A DNA stretch of 64,000 bases from Candidatus Binatia bacterium (GTDB lineage Bacteria; Desulfobacterota; Binatia; HRBIN30). This document shows, piece by piece, positions 23,412-32,575 of the stretch (position 1 is the stretch's first letter; every line of letters starts with the position of its first letter). A model generated the notes under the pieces. The model saw only the letters and a program-made list of their open reading frames with translations. It was not told the origin of the DNA and did not search any database. Position numbers and translations under genes: made by a program. The DNA lies in the NCBI GenBank assembly GCA_023150935.1, contig JAKLJW010000027.1, positions 4,556 to 68,555 of the forward strand, given 5' to 3'.

Positions 23412-24965
23412 GTGAAACGCTTCTACGTCACCACTCCCATCTATTACATCAATGCCGAGCCCCACCTCGGCCACATGTATACGACCGTCGTCGCCGATAC
23501 GCTCAAGCGCTTTCACCGCGCGCGCGGCGCCGAGACCTTCATGGTCACCGGTACCGACGAGCACGGCGACAAGATTGCCGCCGCCGCCGCCGCCGCCGGC
23601 CTCGAGCCCAGAGCCTTTGCCGACCGCATCAGTCCCCTGTTCCGGGCGGCGTGGGACGCCTGCGGCTTCGAGTACGACCAGTTCGTGCGCACCACCGATC
23701 CGCAGCACGCCGTCGTGGTTCAGGACTTCCTCTCTCGCGTGCACGCGCGGGGCGACATTTACTTCAGCCGCTACGGCGGCCTTTACTGCACGGGGTGCGA
23801 GCGCTTTCTCACCGAGAAGGAACTGGTCGACGGCAAGTGCCCCGATCACCTGACGCTGCCGACGTCGGTCGAGGAGGAGAACTACTTCTTCCGCATGAGC
23901 GCCTACGCCGATCGGCTGCTGGCGCACCTCGAAGCGCATCCGGATGCGATCCTGCCGGCGCAGTATCGCAACGAGGTCGTATCGCTGCTGCGCAGCGGCG
24001 CCCTCGGCGATCTCTGCATTTCGCGGCCCAAGCAGCGTCTTCCCTGGGGCATCGAGCTGCCGTTCGACCGCAACTACGTGACCTACGTTTGGTTCGACGC
24101 GCTCATCAGCTACGTCAGCGGACTCAAGGCGCGCGACGAGGCGACCTTCGAGGCGTACTGGCCCGTGTGTCACCACTTGCTGGCGAAGGACATCCTCAAG
24201 CCCCACGGTATTTTCTGGCCGACGATGCTTATGGCGGTGGGCCTGCCGCTGTTCGAACGGTTGCTCGTGCACGGCTACTGGGTGCGCGGCGAGAGCAAGA
24301 TGTCGAAGAGCGTCGGCAACGTCATCCGGCCGCTCGAATTGAAGGCGCGCTTCGGTATGGACGCCGTCCGCTACTTCCTCATGCGCGAGATGGCCTTCGG
24401 GCAGGACGCCGTGTTCAGCGAGGACGCGCTGGTGACGCGCATCAACGCCGACCTCGCCAACAATCTGGGCAACCTGGTCAGCCGCACGCTGTCGATGCAG
24501 CAGCGCTACTTCGGCGGTGCGGTGCAGGCGCTCGGCGAGTGGACGGCCGAGGATCGCGAACTGGTGGCGGCGTTCGCGGAGGCTTACCGCGAAGTGCCGG
24601 AGTTGACCGCGGCGCTGGCCTTTCACCGCGCTCTCGAGGCGTTGTGGCGGGCCATCGATCGGGCCAACAAGTACATCGTCGTCACGGCGCCGTTCACGTT
24701 GTTCAAGGACCCGGCGGCGCGGCCGCGGGTCGGCGCTATCCTGCACCATCTGCTCGAGACGCTGCATGCGACGGCGCGACTGCTCGCGTGGTTCATGCCG
24801 GAGACCAGCCGGTGCATCGGCGAGCTCCTGGGTTGCGCCGCGCCCGCAGTCTTGCCCCCCGATCTCGGCTGGGGCACGCATTTCTTGCCGGGGCACGAAG
24901 TCGGTAAGCCGGTGGCCCTCTTTCCCCGGATCGAGGTGCCGGCGGCCGAGGACGCGCCCCGGTGA
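23412..24965 (+). CDS. metG: methionine--tRNA ligase (short form)
   Basis: 517 aa. YYINAEPHLGHMYTT (HIGH region) and KMSKS present. GTG start. Confidence 0.92.
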   Translation: MKRFYVTTPIYYINAEPHLGHMYTTVVADTLKRFHRARGAETFMVTGTDEHGDKIAAAAAAAGLEPRAFADRISPLFRAAWDACGFEYDQFVRTTDPQHAVVVQDFLSRVHARGDIYFSRYGGLYCTGCERFLTEKELVDGKCPDHLTLPTSVEEENYFFRMSAYADRLLAHLEAHPDAILPAQYRNEVVSLLRSGALGDLCISRPKQRLPWGIELPFDRNYVTYVWFDALISYVSGLKARDEATFEAYWPVCHHLLAKDILKPHGIFWPTMLMAVGLPLFERLLVHGYWVRGESKMSKSVGNVIRPLELKARFGMDAVRYFLMREMAFGQDAVFSEDALVTRINADLANNLGNLVSRTLSMQQRYFGGAVQALGEWTAEDRELVAAFAEAYREVPELTAALAFHRALEALWRAIDRANKYIVVTAPFTLFKDPAARPRVGAILHHLLETLHATARLLAWFMPETSRCIGELLGCAAPAVLPPDLGWGTHFLPGHEVGKPVALFPRIEVPAAEDAPR

Positions 24966-25735
24966 TCGACTCGCACTGTCACCTGGACGAGCCCCGGTTC
25001 GACGCCGACCGCGACGAAGTGCTGGCGCGGGCGCGGGCCGCCGGTGTCGTCGCCATTGTCACCATCGGCGCCAGCGACGGTCTTGCGGCCAACGCCCGCG
25101 CCGTCGAGCTGGCGGCCCGGCACGCGGACGTTTTCGCCACCGTCGGCGTGCACCCTCACGACGCCGGCATCGTCGATGCCGAGGTGCTGGACCGCGTCGA
25201 CCGGTTGGCGGCGGCGCCCCGGGTCGTCGCGATCGGCGAAACCGGCCTCGACTATTACTACGATCTTGCGCCCCGCGCCGTGCAGCAGGAGGCCTTTCGC
25301 GGCTTCATCGCACTGGCGCGCCGGCGTGGTCTGCCGCTCGTCGTGCACCTGCGTGACGCGTACGCGGACGCGGTGCGCATTTTGCGCGAGGAGCGCGCCG
25401 CCGAGGTCGGCGGCGTCATTCACTGTTTCAGCGGCGATCGTGCCGCGGCGCGCCAGTTCCTCGCGCTCGACTTCGATCTGTCGTTCAGCGGCGTGGTGAC
25501 CTTCAAGAATGCGGAGGAGTTGCGAGCGGTAGCGCGCGAAGTGCCGGCCGACCGCTTCATGATCGAGACCGACGCTCCCTATCTGGCGCCGGTTCCGCAC
25601 CGCGGCAAGCGCAACGAGCCGGCGTTTGTCGTCCACACGGCGGCGGCGGTCGCGACGGCGCGCGGCACGCCCGTGGCGGAGGTTGCGGCCCAGTCGACCG
25701 CAACGGCCCGGCGGCGGTTCCGCTTGCAGGCCTGA
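24962..25735 (+). CDS. tatD: TatD family metal-dependent hydrolase
   Basis: 257 aa. MIDSHCHLD, GETGLDYYY, IETDAPYLAPVPHRGKRNEPA. Confidence 0.9.
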   Translation: MIDSHCHLDEPRFDADRDEVLARARAAGVVAIVTIGASDGLAANARAVELAARHADVFATVGVHPHDAGIVDAEVLDRVDRLAAAPRVVAIGETGLDYYYDLAPRAVQQEAFRGFIALARRRGLPLVVHLRDAYADAVRILREERAAEVGGVIHCFSGDRAAARQFLALDFDLSFSGVVTFKNAEELRAVAREVPADRFMIETDAPYLAPVPHRGKRNEPAFVVHTAAAVATARGTPVAEVAAQSTATARRRFRLQA

Positions 25736-25737
25736 GC

Positions 25738-25769
25738 CTCGAAGAAGCTCGGCTCGAGTCTTCTTCGAG
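25738..25769 (+). terminator. terminator-like hairpin after tatD
   Basis: CTCGAAGAAG-12 nt loop-CTTCTTCGAG (10 bp perfect stem) starts 3 nt after the stop. No T-tract follows. Confidence 0.4.
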
Positions 25770-25948
25770 ATGTCAGCGGCGGGTGGTTACCCGGTCGAAA
25801 CCGGTATCGGTATCGAGGTCGCTATCGACATCGGGATCGCATATCGCCGCGGCCCGCAAGCGACTCCGACGCCGACTCCGATTGGGGGGATAGGGGCCGA
25901 TGGTACTCTCGGTACGGTACGCGAGGGGGATCCAGAAACGACGGTACC

Positions 25949-26240
25949 GCCGGCACGAAGCGGCGGCGAAATGTACCGAAGGCACCATCGTCCCCACGGC
26001 CCCGTGACCGGCGGCAGTGCTGTGCCTGGCTCTACGAGGCGCGGCGGCGCTTCGGGCTGGTGGCGCTCGACTACACGGCGACCTCGAATCGCGTCCATGT
26101 CATCGTTCGCGACCAGGGCCGCGGGGAGATCGCGACGAGCAGGCGCCTCGTCGAAGGGTGCACGGCGCAGGGCTACAACCGGCGCAGCGCACGCCGATCG
26201 AACCGGCCGGGGAGCAGAACTACCTGGTCGAACAGATCCG
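25949..26240 (+). pseudogene. decayed HUH/Y1 (IS200/RayT-like) transposase fragment, copy A
   Basis: Translated fragment ...WLYEARRRFGLVALDYTATSNRVHVIVRDQGRGEIATSRRLVEGCTAQGYNRR resembles the ...LNY.VTSNH.HLLV...AGRTAQEYNQRKGR... core of Y1 transposases. The HUH His is replaced (NRVH), and the reading frame breaks on both sides. Confidence 0.55.
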
Positions 26241-26361
26241 CAAGTAGCCGGCTTCTTCGCCGGCGCGGGTCCCCGTCATTTCAGCAACGACCGGGGCATC
26301 GAGCGACGCGCGGGCGTCGCGCCGTATGCCCGCGCCGAACGGGAGCATGAATTCATCCCCA

Positions 26362-26377
26362 CGGCACCGCTCTTGCA
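26362..26377 (+). promoter_or_regulatory. candidate sigma-54 (-24/-12) promoter upstream of the glycyl radical enzyme cassette
   Basis: cGGCACcgctcTTGCA has perfect GGCAC and TTGCA elements with consensus spacing, 61 nt upstream of ATG 26438. Confidence 0.6.
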
Positions 26378-26437
26378 CAGGCAGACGCCGCAGCATCGGA
26401 TATGGTGTCCGGTCCCGTGCAAAGGAGCGTCGTGCCA

Positions 26438-29167
26438 ATGGCTACCCAGGCAGCAATCAAGCTGGATTCGAGCGAACCCACCTCCGCGCGACTTCGTCAC
26501 TCGTCGTCGAAGCTCTACAACCGTTACGGCGACGCGCCGTCGAAGACGGTGACCCCACGAGAGGTGATCCGGGAACCGGGTCAGCGCGCCAGGGCGTTGC
26601 GGGACCTCTATTTCGACGCGAAATCGTCCGTCAACGTCGAGTTCACCTACTGGTATTCGCGCACGTGGGAGGCGCTCGACGGTGAGCTGCCGATGGTCCG
26701 GCGTGCCGAAGCGTTGAAGGCGGCTTTCCTTCACCTGACTCCGGTAATCTACCCCGGCGAACTGCTGGTCATGGGCAAGGCCGCCTATCTGCGCGGCTCG
26801 TACCCCATGCCCTGGCTTTCGGAGTCCTTTTTCGAGACCTGGGATGACAAACGCCAGCGGGAAGCCCGGGAAGCCGGCGCGCTCTCCGCCGGCAAGGTGA
26901 CCACCTGGGGCCAGGGCGGCGGCAACGTCACTCACGATCTCGGCAACGTCATGTCGATCGCCGGTAAGTTCGGCATCCGCCGCGAGGAAGTACCCATCCT
27001 GCAGCAGATCGCGAAGACCGCCGATGGTAAGTCGACCGCCGATCTGGGTCACAAGTACGAGCAGTACGTGCCCAACTATCAAGAAAAAGAAGCCATCATG
27101 CGGTCGGTCGTCTGCATGTACGAATCCGGCTCCGCGATGCCCCAGGGACGCGAGGTCATCAACCATTACTACCCGCTGCAGTACGGCATCGACGGCATGA
27201 TCGACATCTGCCGCAAGGGGATCGCCGAGGCGGCGGGCAATCCCGACATGGAGAGGATCTACTTCTACCATTCGGCGATCCTGGTCCTCGAAGGCATCCA
27301 GGGGTGGATCCGACACTACGCCGAGGAAGCCCGGAATCTGGCGGCGCTCGAAGAGCCCGAGAGCGCGCAACAGGTCGAATACCTCGAAATCGCCGAGCGG
27401 CTCGATCGCATTGCATCGCAGCCGCCACAGACGTTTCGTGAGGCCCTGCAGCTCACCTGGACCTTCCACCTCGCCGTCCTCAACGAGGACGCCATTTCCG
27501 GTCTCTCGCCCGGCCGGCTCGGACAGGTTCTCTACCCGTTCTGGAAGCGGGACCTCGACGCTGGCCGGATTACCCGTGAAGCGACGTCGGAACTGCTCGA
27601 GTGCATGCGCGTGAAGTACACCACCATCGATCTCTTCGCCGCCGAGGGACTCGTCGGCGGTGTGCTGTCGGGCAACACGTTCAACAACGTCAGCCTCGGG
27701 GGTTTGCGCAAGGATGGATCGAGCGCCTTCAACGAACTGGAGATGCTCATCCTCGAAGCGGGCATCAGCTGCGGCACCACGCAACCGACCCTGACCATTC
27801 TCTACGAGGAGACTCTCCCCGAGGAGTTCATGCTCAAGGCCGTCGAGTGCATCAAGACGGGCACCGGCTATCCGGCCATCGTCAACAACCGCACGACGAT
27901 GGACTTCATTCGCGAGAACTTCGCGGACGAAGGCATGCGGCTCGAAGAAGCGCGGGCGTGGGCGATGGGCGGCTGTCTGGAAAGCTCCGCGGGTTCGTGG
28001 ATGCCCCTGACGCTCGACGGGAAGACCTACGACATTCCCGGCGGCTCGGCGCCCTCGGCGGGCATCGGCGTGAACTTCCTGTCACTCCCGAAGATGATCG
28101 AGCTCGTCCTGTTCGACGGAATAGACAAGCGCACGGGCGAGCGGATCTTTCCGTCGCACGGACATGCCCTCGACTCCTACGAGGACCTCTGGGCGGCCCT
28201 TCAGGCGTACATTCGCCGCGCCGTCGACGTGCTCCGCCGCTGCAATAACATCCAGTGCGACATCTGGGGAAGGGTGACGCCGTCGATCGTGAACTCCATG
28301 CTCAAGCCCGACTGCCTGAGCCACGGCAAGCCGATTTCCTCCAGGGGCGCCCGCTTCAACACGAACTTCCACGTCAAGCTCGAGTCCTCCGTGGTGCTCG
28401 TCAACTCCCTGGCGTCGCTCAAGAAGAACGTATACGAGGACCGCGCCTTCACGCTCGACGACTATCGGAACGCCATCCTCGCCAATTTCGGGTACAAGAC
28501 CGCCGCCGAGACCGGTTCGTACTCTCTCAATGAGCAGGTCAAGACCGAGAACTACCACGCGTGGGAGCGTATTCACCGCGCCAGCCTGGAGGCGCCGAAG
28601 TTCGGCAACGACGATCCGTTCGTCGACGAGATCTTCAAGCAATGGCAGCAGTGGGTCTGCCGCATGGCGCACGACTACGTGTCGATCTACGACCGGCCGC
28701 TCTACGTCGGCCAGATCTCCGTGTCGACGCACGGTCCGATGGGCGCAGTGACGCTGGCAAGCGCCGATGGGCGGCTTTGCGGCACGACCTTCACCGACGG
28801 GTCGGTGTCGGCTTATCCGGGCACGGATCGAAACGGTCCCTACGCACTCTTCAACTCGGCGTCGTGCTTCGATCACTCGATGTCGCAGAGCACGCAGTTG
28901 AACGTGAAGATCCATCCGCTCGCCGTCACCGGCAAGCAGGGTGCGAAGAAGTTCCTGGATCTCATCCGGGGATACATGCGCACGGGCGCATTCCACATTC
29001 AGTTCAACGTCGTGGACTCCCGCATGCTGAAGGACGCGCAGGAACACCCGGAGAACTATCGCGGTCTGATGGTGCGCGTGGCGGGTTTCACGAATTACTG
29101 GGCGGAGCTTGGCAAGCAGATCCAGGACGAAATCATCGCCCGAACCGAGTACGAAGAGATCTCCTGA
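26438..29167 (+). CDS. glycyl radical enzyme, 4-hydroxyphenylacetate decarboxylase (HpdB)-like large subunit
   Basis: Frame of ORF 26402..29167. ATG 26438 is preceded by AAAGGAG. Thiyl loop GGCLES (Cys codon 27974-27976), C-terminal glycyl radical motif MVRVAGFTNYW (Gly codon 29084-29086). Length is about 909 aa. Blocks FTYWYSRTWE, GQGGGNVTHD and QISVSTHGP match my recollection of HpdB. Confidence 0.85.
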   Translation: MATQAAIKLDSSEPTSARLRHSSSKLYNRYGDAPSKTVTPREVIREPGQRARALRDLYFDAKSSVNVEFTYWYSRTWEALDGELPMVRRAEALKAAFLHLTPVIYPGELLVMGKAAYLRGSYPMPWLSESFFETWDDKRQREAREAGALSAGKVTTWGQGGGNVTHDLGNVMSIAGKFGIRREEVPILQQIAKTADGKSTADLGHKYEQYVPNYQEKEAIMRSVVCMYESGSAMPQGREVINHYYPLQYGIDGMIDICRKGIAEAAGNPDMERIYFYHSAILVLEGIQGWIRHYAEEARNLAALEEPESAQQVEYLEIAERLDRIASQPPQTFREALQLTWTFHLAVLNEDAISGLSPGRLGQVLYPFWKRDLDAGRITREATSELLECMRVKYTTIDLFAAEGLVGGVLSGNTFNNVSLGGLRKDGSSAFNELEMLILEAGISCGTTQPTLTILYEETLPEEFMLKAVECIKTGTGYPAIVNNRTTMDFIRENFADEGMRLEEARAWAMGGCLESSAGSWMPLTLDGKTYDIPGGSAPSAGIGVNFLSLPKMIELVLFDGIDKRTGERIFPSHGHALDSYEDLWAALQAYIRRAVDVLRRCNNIQCDIWGRVTPSIVNSMLKPDCLSHGKPISSRGARFNTNFHVKLESSVVLVNSLASLKKNVYEDRAFTLDDYRNAILANFGYKTAAETGSYSLNEQVKTENYHAWERIHRASLEAPKFGNDDPFVDEIFKQWQQWVCRMAHDYVSIYDRPLYVGQISVSTHGPMGAVTLASADGRLCGTTFTDGSVSAYPGTDRNGPYALFNSASCFDHSMSQSTQLNVKIHPLAVTGKQGAKKFLDLIRGYMRTGAFHIQFNVVDSRMLKDAQEHPENYRGLMVRVAGFTNYWAELGKQIQDEIIARTEYEEIS

Positions 29168-29190
29168 GACGCGAGGAAGGACGACCAGCC

Positions 29191-29439
29191 ATGGATCTCA
29201 CATGCAACGATTGCCGATTCTATCTGCCCGTCGACGTGTTCAAGGGGCTGTGCAAGAAGTCCAGGGAGCGCGTGGACCCGGAAACAGCCGAGTGCAAGAC
29301 CTTCGAAAAGCGGCACAAGTGCAAGTTCTGCAGCCGCTACACGTCGTCGGAGGCGTTCGTGGGTACCTGTTCGGTGGGCGGGGTTCCGACCTATCCCGAT
29401 CTGAACGGGACGTACTGCGGTGACTTCCAGGGCGCCTGA
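29191..29439 (+). CDS. Cys-rich small subunit of the glycyl radical enzyme (HpdC-like, predicted two [4Fe-4S] sites)
   Basis: 82 aa: MDLTCNDCRFYLPVDVFKGLCKK...ECKTFEKRHKCKFCSRY...GTCSVGG...YCGDFQGA. It has 8 Cys in two groups of four (C5,C8,C21,C35 and C44,C47,C60,C76). RBS GAGGAAGG. It lies in the tail of ORF-track frame 28561..29439. Confidence 0.75.
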   Translation: MDLTCNDCRFYLPVDVFKGLCKKSRERVDPETAECKTFEKRHKCKFCSRYTSSEAFVGTCSVGGVPTYPDLNGTYCGDFQGA

Positions 29440-30400
29440 TCGCGGGCCCACTGCATTCGCCTCCATCGCTCGTTCGCGCCCTGGCGTCGTCTTCGACATC
29501 CAGGGCTTCTCGGTGCACGACGGACCGGGCTGTCGCACGGTCGTCTTTCTCAAGGGCTGCCCCCTCGAATGCCGTTGGTGCGCGAATCCGGAGGGCATGC
29601 GCCGCCACCCGGCGCCGCTGCTTCGGGTGGAGGCGTGCGACCGGTGCAACCGCTGCGCCGACGCCTGTGAGCGGGGTGCGATTGCAATCGACGCCGAGCG
29701 GCTGCTGATCGACCGGGACGCATGTTCCGGGTGCATGGCATTCCGGTGTGCGGAGGTGTGTAGCTCCGGCGCACTGCAGATCGCCGGACAGTCGATGGAC
29801 GTCGAAGCAGTCATCCGCATTCTGCAGCGGGATCGCCGTTATTGGGGTGGCGATGGTGGGGTCACGCTGACCGGGGGCGAGCCGCTCTTGCAGCGCGAGT
29901 TCGCTATCGCGCTTCTACAGCGGTGTTGCGAGACTTATATCGACACGGCCGTGGAAACGGCCGGGCACGTCGCCTGGGCTGTGTACGAGGAGTGCCTCCC
30001 CTACCTCGACTGGATTTTCTTCGACATCAAGCACGTCGACGCCGCGCGGCACGCCGCGTGGACCGGCCGGAGCAACGGCTTGATCCTCGACAACGCCCGC
30101 CGCTTGGCCGCCCGGTTTTCCGGCCGTTTGATCTTCCGAACGCCTATCGTGCCGGGATTCAATGACACGGGCGAGGATCTGACTCGGATCGCGGCGTTTA
30201 TCGCCGCCCTTCCCCGGGAGACGCACGAAGTGAACCTGCTGCCGCTGCACCATCTCGGCCGGGAGAAGTACCGCAAGCTCGGCGCACCCTACTTCGCACC
30301 GGACTGCGACGTCTGTGCGCCCGACGACCTGGCCCGTGCCGCGGCGATCTTCCGGGCCGCCGGCATCTCCTGTTACGTCGCTGGCGACACACCCTTCTGA
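29420..30400 (+). CDS. glycyl radical enzyme activating enzyme (radical SAM, with ferredoxin-like insert)
   Basis: 326 aa. DIQGFSVHDGPGCRTVVFLKGCPLECRWCANP (CX3CX2C), plus extra clusters CDRCNRCADAC and CSGCMAFRCAEVC. The GTG start overlaps the small-subunit gene end. Confidence 0.88.
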   Translation: MTSRAPDRGPTAFASIARSRPGVVFDIQGFSVHDGPGCRTVVFLKGCPLECRWCANPEGMRRHPAPLLRVEACDRCNRCADACERGAIAIDAERLLIDRDACSGCMAFRCAEVCSSGALQIAGQSMDVEAVIRILQRDRRYWGGDGGVTLTGGEPLLQREFAIALLQRCCETYIDTAVETAGHVAWAVYEECLPYLDWIFFDIKHVDAARHAAWTGRSNGLILDNARRLAARFSGRLIFRTPIVPGFNDTGEDLTRIAAFIAALPRETHEVNLLPLHHLGREKYRKLGAPYFAPDCDVCAPDDLARAAAIFRAAGISCYVAGDTPF

Positions 30401-30653
30401 GGCACGAGTGCGCCGACGCGCACGCCGCGAAGTCGCGGGTCTCAAGGTCGAGAACTGGCGGGGCGCGTGAAAGCATCCGTGCCGCGCGCTCAGCTCTTCC
30501 GAGAATCCCGGCACCGGTGTGCCCCGGCGACGACTTCGGATGCGGCGCTCGGGGCACGGTGCGGAAATAACCAAGAGGGCCTGTTCGGCTCCGACTGCGC
30601 TGGCAAGGTCGTGCGGTGGAAGTGCGTCGCGATCGGCGGTAGGCTCGGGTGCC

Positions 30654-31121
30654 ATGGACTTCGAGACCCTGCTGGCCGTGCTCCGGGCCTTCGAGCGGGA
30701 AGGGGTCGAGTACGTCCTGGTTGGCGGTGTCGCCCTCAATCTCCACGGCATCATTCGCGTTACCGAGGACGTCGACTTCTTCGTTCGACCGACGGGTCCT
30801 AACGTCGAGCGGTGTAAGCGGGCGTTGCGATCGGTGTGGGACGATCCCGAGATCGACGCGATCTCGCCGGACGACCTGTGTGGAGCGTATCCGACGGTTC
30901 GTTACGGTCCCCCGAACGAGGACTTCGTGATCGATCTGCTCTCCCGACTCGGCGACGCGTTCCGCTATGACGATCTGGCGAGCCAGGTGTTCGACGTGGA
31001 AGGGGTGAAAGTGCGGATCGCGACGCCGCCGACGCTGTACCGCATGAAGAAGGACACGCTGCGGCCGATCGACCACGCCGACGCGGCGGCATTGAAGGAC
31101 AAGTTCGGGATCGAGGACTAA
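30654..31121 (+). CDS. small nucleotidyltransferase-fold protein (family not assigned)
   Basis: Frame of ORF 30519..31121 from ATG 30654. MDFETLLAVLRAFEREGVEYVLVGGVALNLHGIIRVTEDVDFFV (G[GS]...D.D NTase-like pattern). 155 aa. Confidence 0.6.
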   Translation: MDFETLLAVLRAFEREGVEYVLVGGVALNLHGIIRVTEDVDFFVRPTGPNVERCKRALRSVWDDPEIDAISPDDLCGAYPTVRYGPPNEDFVIDLLSRLGDAFRYDDLASQVFDVEGVKVRIATPPTLYRMKKDTLRPIDHADAAALKDKFGIED

Positions 31122-31124
31122 TAG

Positions 31125-31367
31125 ATGCCGATTCGGCGGTTCCGCACCCACGATGACGCCCGTCGCGCGCTGTGGTGCGATAGCGACGATCCCACGTTGC
31201 ATCGACGGATCGCGCGGCTCTGGAGCGCCGCCCGGCGCCTCGCCGCTCCCCGGATCCCGCGCGGTCTCCGAAAGTTTCGCAGTATCGCCGAAGCCAACGA
31301 GGAGCGTGAGCAGTGGGTTACGGCGCGAATCCGGGCGCTGCAACTCAGCCGTGAGCACGACGAGTAA
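31125..31367 (+). CDS. small hypothetical protein, partner of the nucleotidyltransferase-fold gene
   Basis: 80 aa ORF starting 3 nt after the preceding stop: MPIRRFRTHDDARRALW...LRKFRSIAEANEEREQW. No recognisable catalytic motif. Confidence 0.5.
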   Translation: MPIRRFRTHDDARRALWCDSDDPTLHRRIARLWSAARRLAAPRIPRGLRKFRSIAEANEEREQWVTARIRALQLSREHDE

Positions 31368-31406
31368 CGTCGACGGATCGAGCCCAGGCGGGGCGCTGTA
31401 CGCGAC

Positions 31407-31487
31407 GGGGTGGCACCTCCGGACGTGCCCGTAATTCTTTGGAAATACATGAAAACTACGCCCGATTGGTGGCCTTAACGCCCGGTT
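31407..31487 (+). repeat. dispersed repeat R, copy 1 (contains hairpin GGCAC-N8-GTGCC and core GGAAATACATGAAAAC)
   Basis: Aligns base-for-base with 33327-33408, about 71 of 81 identical by my count. Intergenic. Confidence 0.8.
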
Positions 31488-31672
31488 TCTGGGTGCGGAT
31501 CGAGCGCTATGGGAGGGCAGTTGTGGCGCGCGCGCATAGTATTCGCCTTTCCGGTCACGTCTGGCACCTCGCGCACCGCCGTCACCGGCGCCCGCCGGCT
31601 GGCGGGCGACGGACCGCCTCTTGGATTCCGCGTCTCCTTGATCTGGAATCTAGATGGCCATAGGGTGGAAGC

Positions 31673-31897
31673 ATGAAGACGACGGTTGAGATTCCCGATG
31701 CAGAGTTGCGCGACGTGGTCGAATTCACCCGCGCCAGGACGAAACGGGAGGCGATCGTCACGGCCATTGCGGACTTCAACCGCCGCCGGCGGATGGCGGC
31801 GCTGGTCAAGCACTCCGGCGCGTTTCGTTCGCTGCCCACGAACGAGGAAATCGAAGCCACCGAGCGACGCGAGCCGCACGCGCGGGGGAAGCGGTGA
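31673..31897 (+). CDS. vapB: type II antitoxin, VapB family (DUF2191-like)
   Basis: 74 aa. MKTTVEIPDAELRDVVEFTRARTKREAIVTAIADF. Its end overlaps the start of the downstream PIN gene. Confidence 0.75.
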   Translation: MKTTVEIPDAELRDVVEFTRARTKREAIVTAIADFNRRRRMAALVKHSGAFRSLPTNEEIEATERREPHARGKR

Positions 31898-32262
31898 AGC
31901 TGGTCGACACGTCGTCGTGGATTCACCAGATGCGCGCCAGGGGGGATGCCGCCGTCCGGGCTCGCGTGGAAGAATTGCTGCGCGCTGGCGAGGCGGCCTG
32001 GTGCGCGATGGTCCGATTGGAGATCTGGGCTGGCGTCGGCAACGAGCGCGAGCAGCGAATCCTGCGGGACTACGAGGCCGTGGTTCCCGGGCTGGCGATC
32101 GACGAGGCGGTGTGGCGCGCGGCCTGTGACCCGGCGGGCCGCGCCCGGCGCGCGGGCAAGACGATACCGGCTTCCGACATCTTGATCTGCGCCTGCGCCC
32201 GCCACCATGGCGTTGCGATCGAGCACGCCGACGCGCACTTCGACATGTTGGCGGGACTCTGA
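31894..32262 (+). CDS. vapC: PIN-domain toxin VapC
   Basis: 122 aa, GTG start overlapping the antitoxin stop. KLVDTSSWI...E...ASDILICACARHHGVAIEHADAHF has the acidic PIN residue pattern. Confidence 0.78.
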   Translation: MKLVDTSSWIHQMRARGDAAVRARVEELLRAGEAAWCAMVRLEIWAGVGNEREQRILRDYEAVVPGLAIDEAVWRAACDPAGRARRAGKTIPASDILICACARHHGVAIEHADAHFDMLAGL

Positions 32263-32276
32263 AGAGTACGCGGACA

Positions 32277-32368
32277 CGGCGGCGCTTCGGGCTGGTGGTG
32301 CTCGACTGCACGGCGACCTCGAATCGCGTCCATGTCAGCGTTCGCGACCAGGGCCGCGGAGAGATCGC
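32277..32368 (+). pseudogene. HUH/Y1 transposase fragment, copy B (92 nt direct repeat of 26042-26133)
   Basis: 88 of 92 nt identical to 26042-26133 in the same orientation. It encodes ...RRFGLVVLDCTATSNRVHVSVRDQGRGEIA and then loses similarity. It begins 15 nt after the vapC stop. Confidence 0.7.
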
Positions 32369-32575
32369 AAGGTGGCGAGACCCCCTCCCGTCCCGAGCTT
32401 CGCAGCGGAAGGAATCGACCCCGAAGGTTGGAGACACCATCGGGGGAAGCGTCTGGGAAACCTACCGGGAGGACAGCCACCGGGACGAGCGCAGGCGGCG
32501 ACGCGTGTGTCGACACCCATCCAAACTGGGTGTCCAGCCAGTTCGTCCACGATTCCCCGCCGTCGCCGCAGGGCC

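Noticed and set aside
25795-25870. Hexamer-periodic stretch (GGTATC GGTATC GAGGTC GCTATC GACATC GGGATC) considered as a microsatellite, a CRISPR-like feature or a coding D-x-D-x repeat.
   Set aside because: It is too short and too degenerate for a repeat-spacer array, and no supporting ORF with a start or RBS exists. It is most simply part of the decayed transposase-associated sequence.
29420-29439. Overlap of the activase GTG start with the small-subunit gene, considered as a possible frameshift or fusion.
   Set aside because: The two genes are in different frames and each has complete, typical termini. A 20 nt overlap is compatible with translational coupling. The true activase start may be slightly downstream, but no ATG is available there.
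31411-31430. TGGCAC inside repeat R (also 33331) as a sigma-54 -24 element.
   Set aside because: No GC dinucleotide sits at the required -12 position. The TGGCAC is one arm of the hairpin GGCAC-N8-GTGCC.
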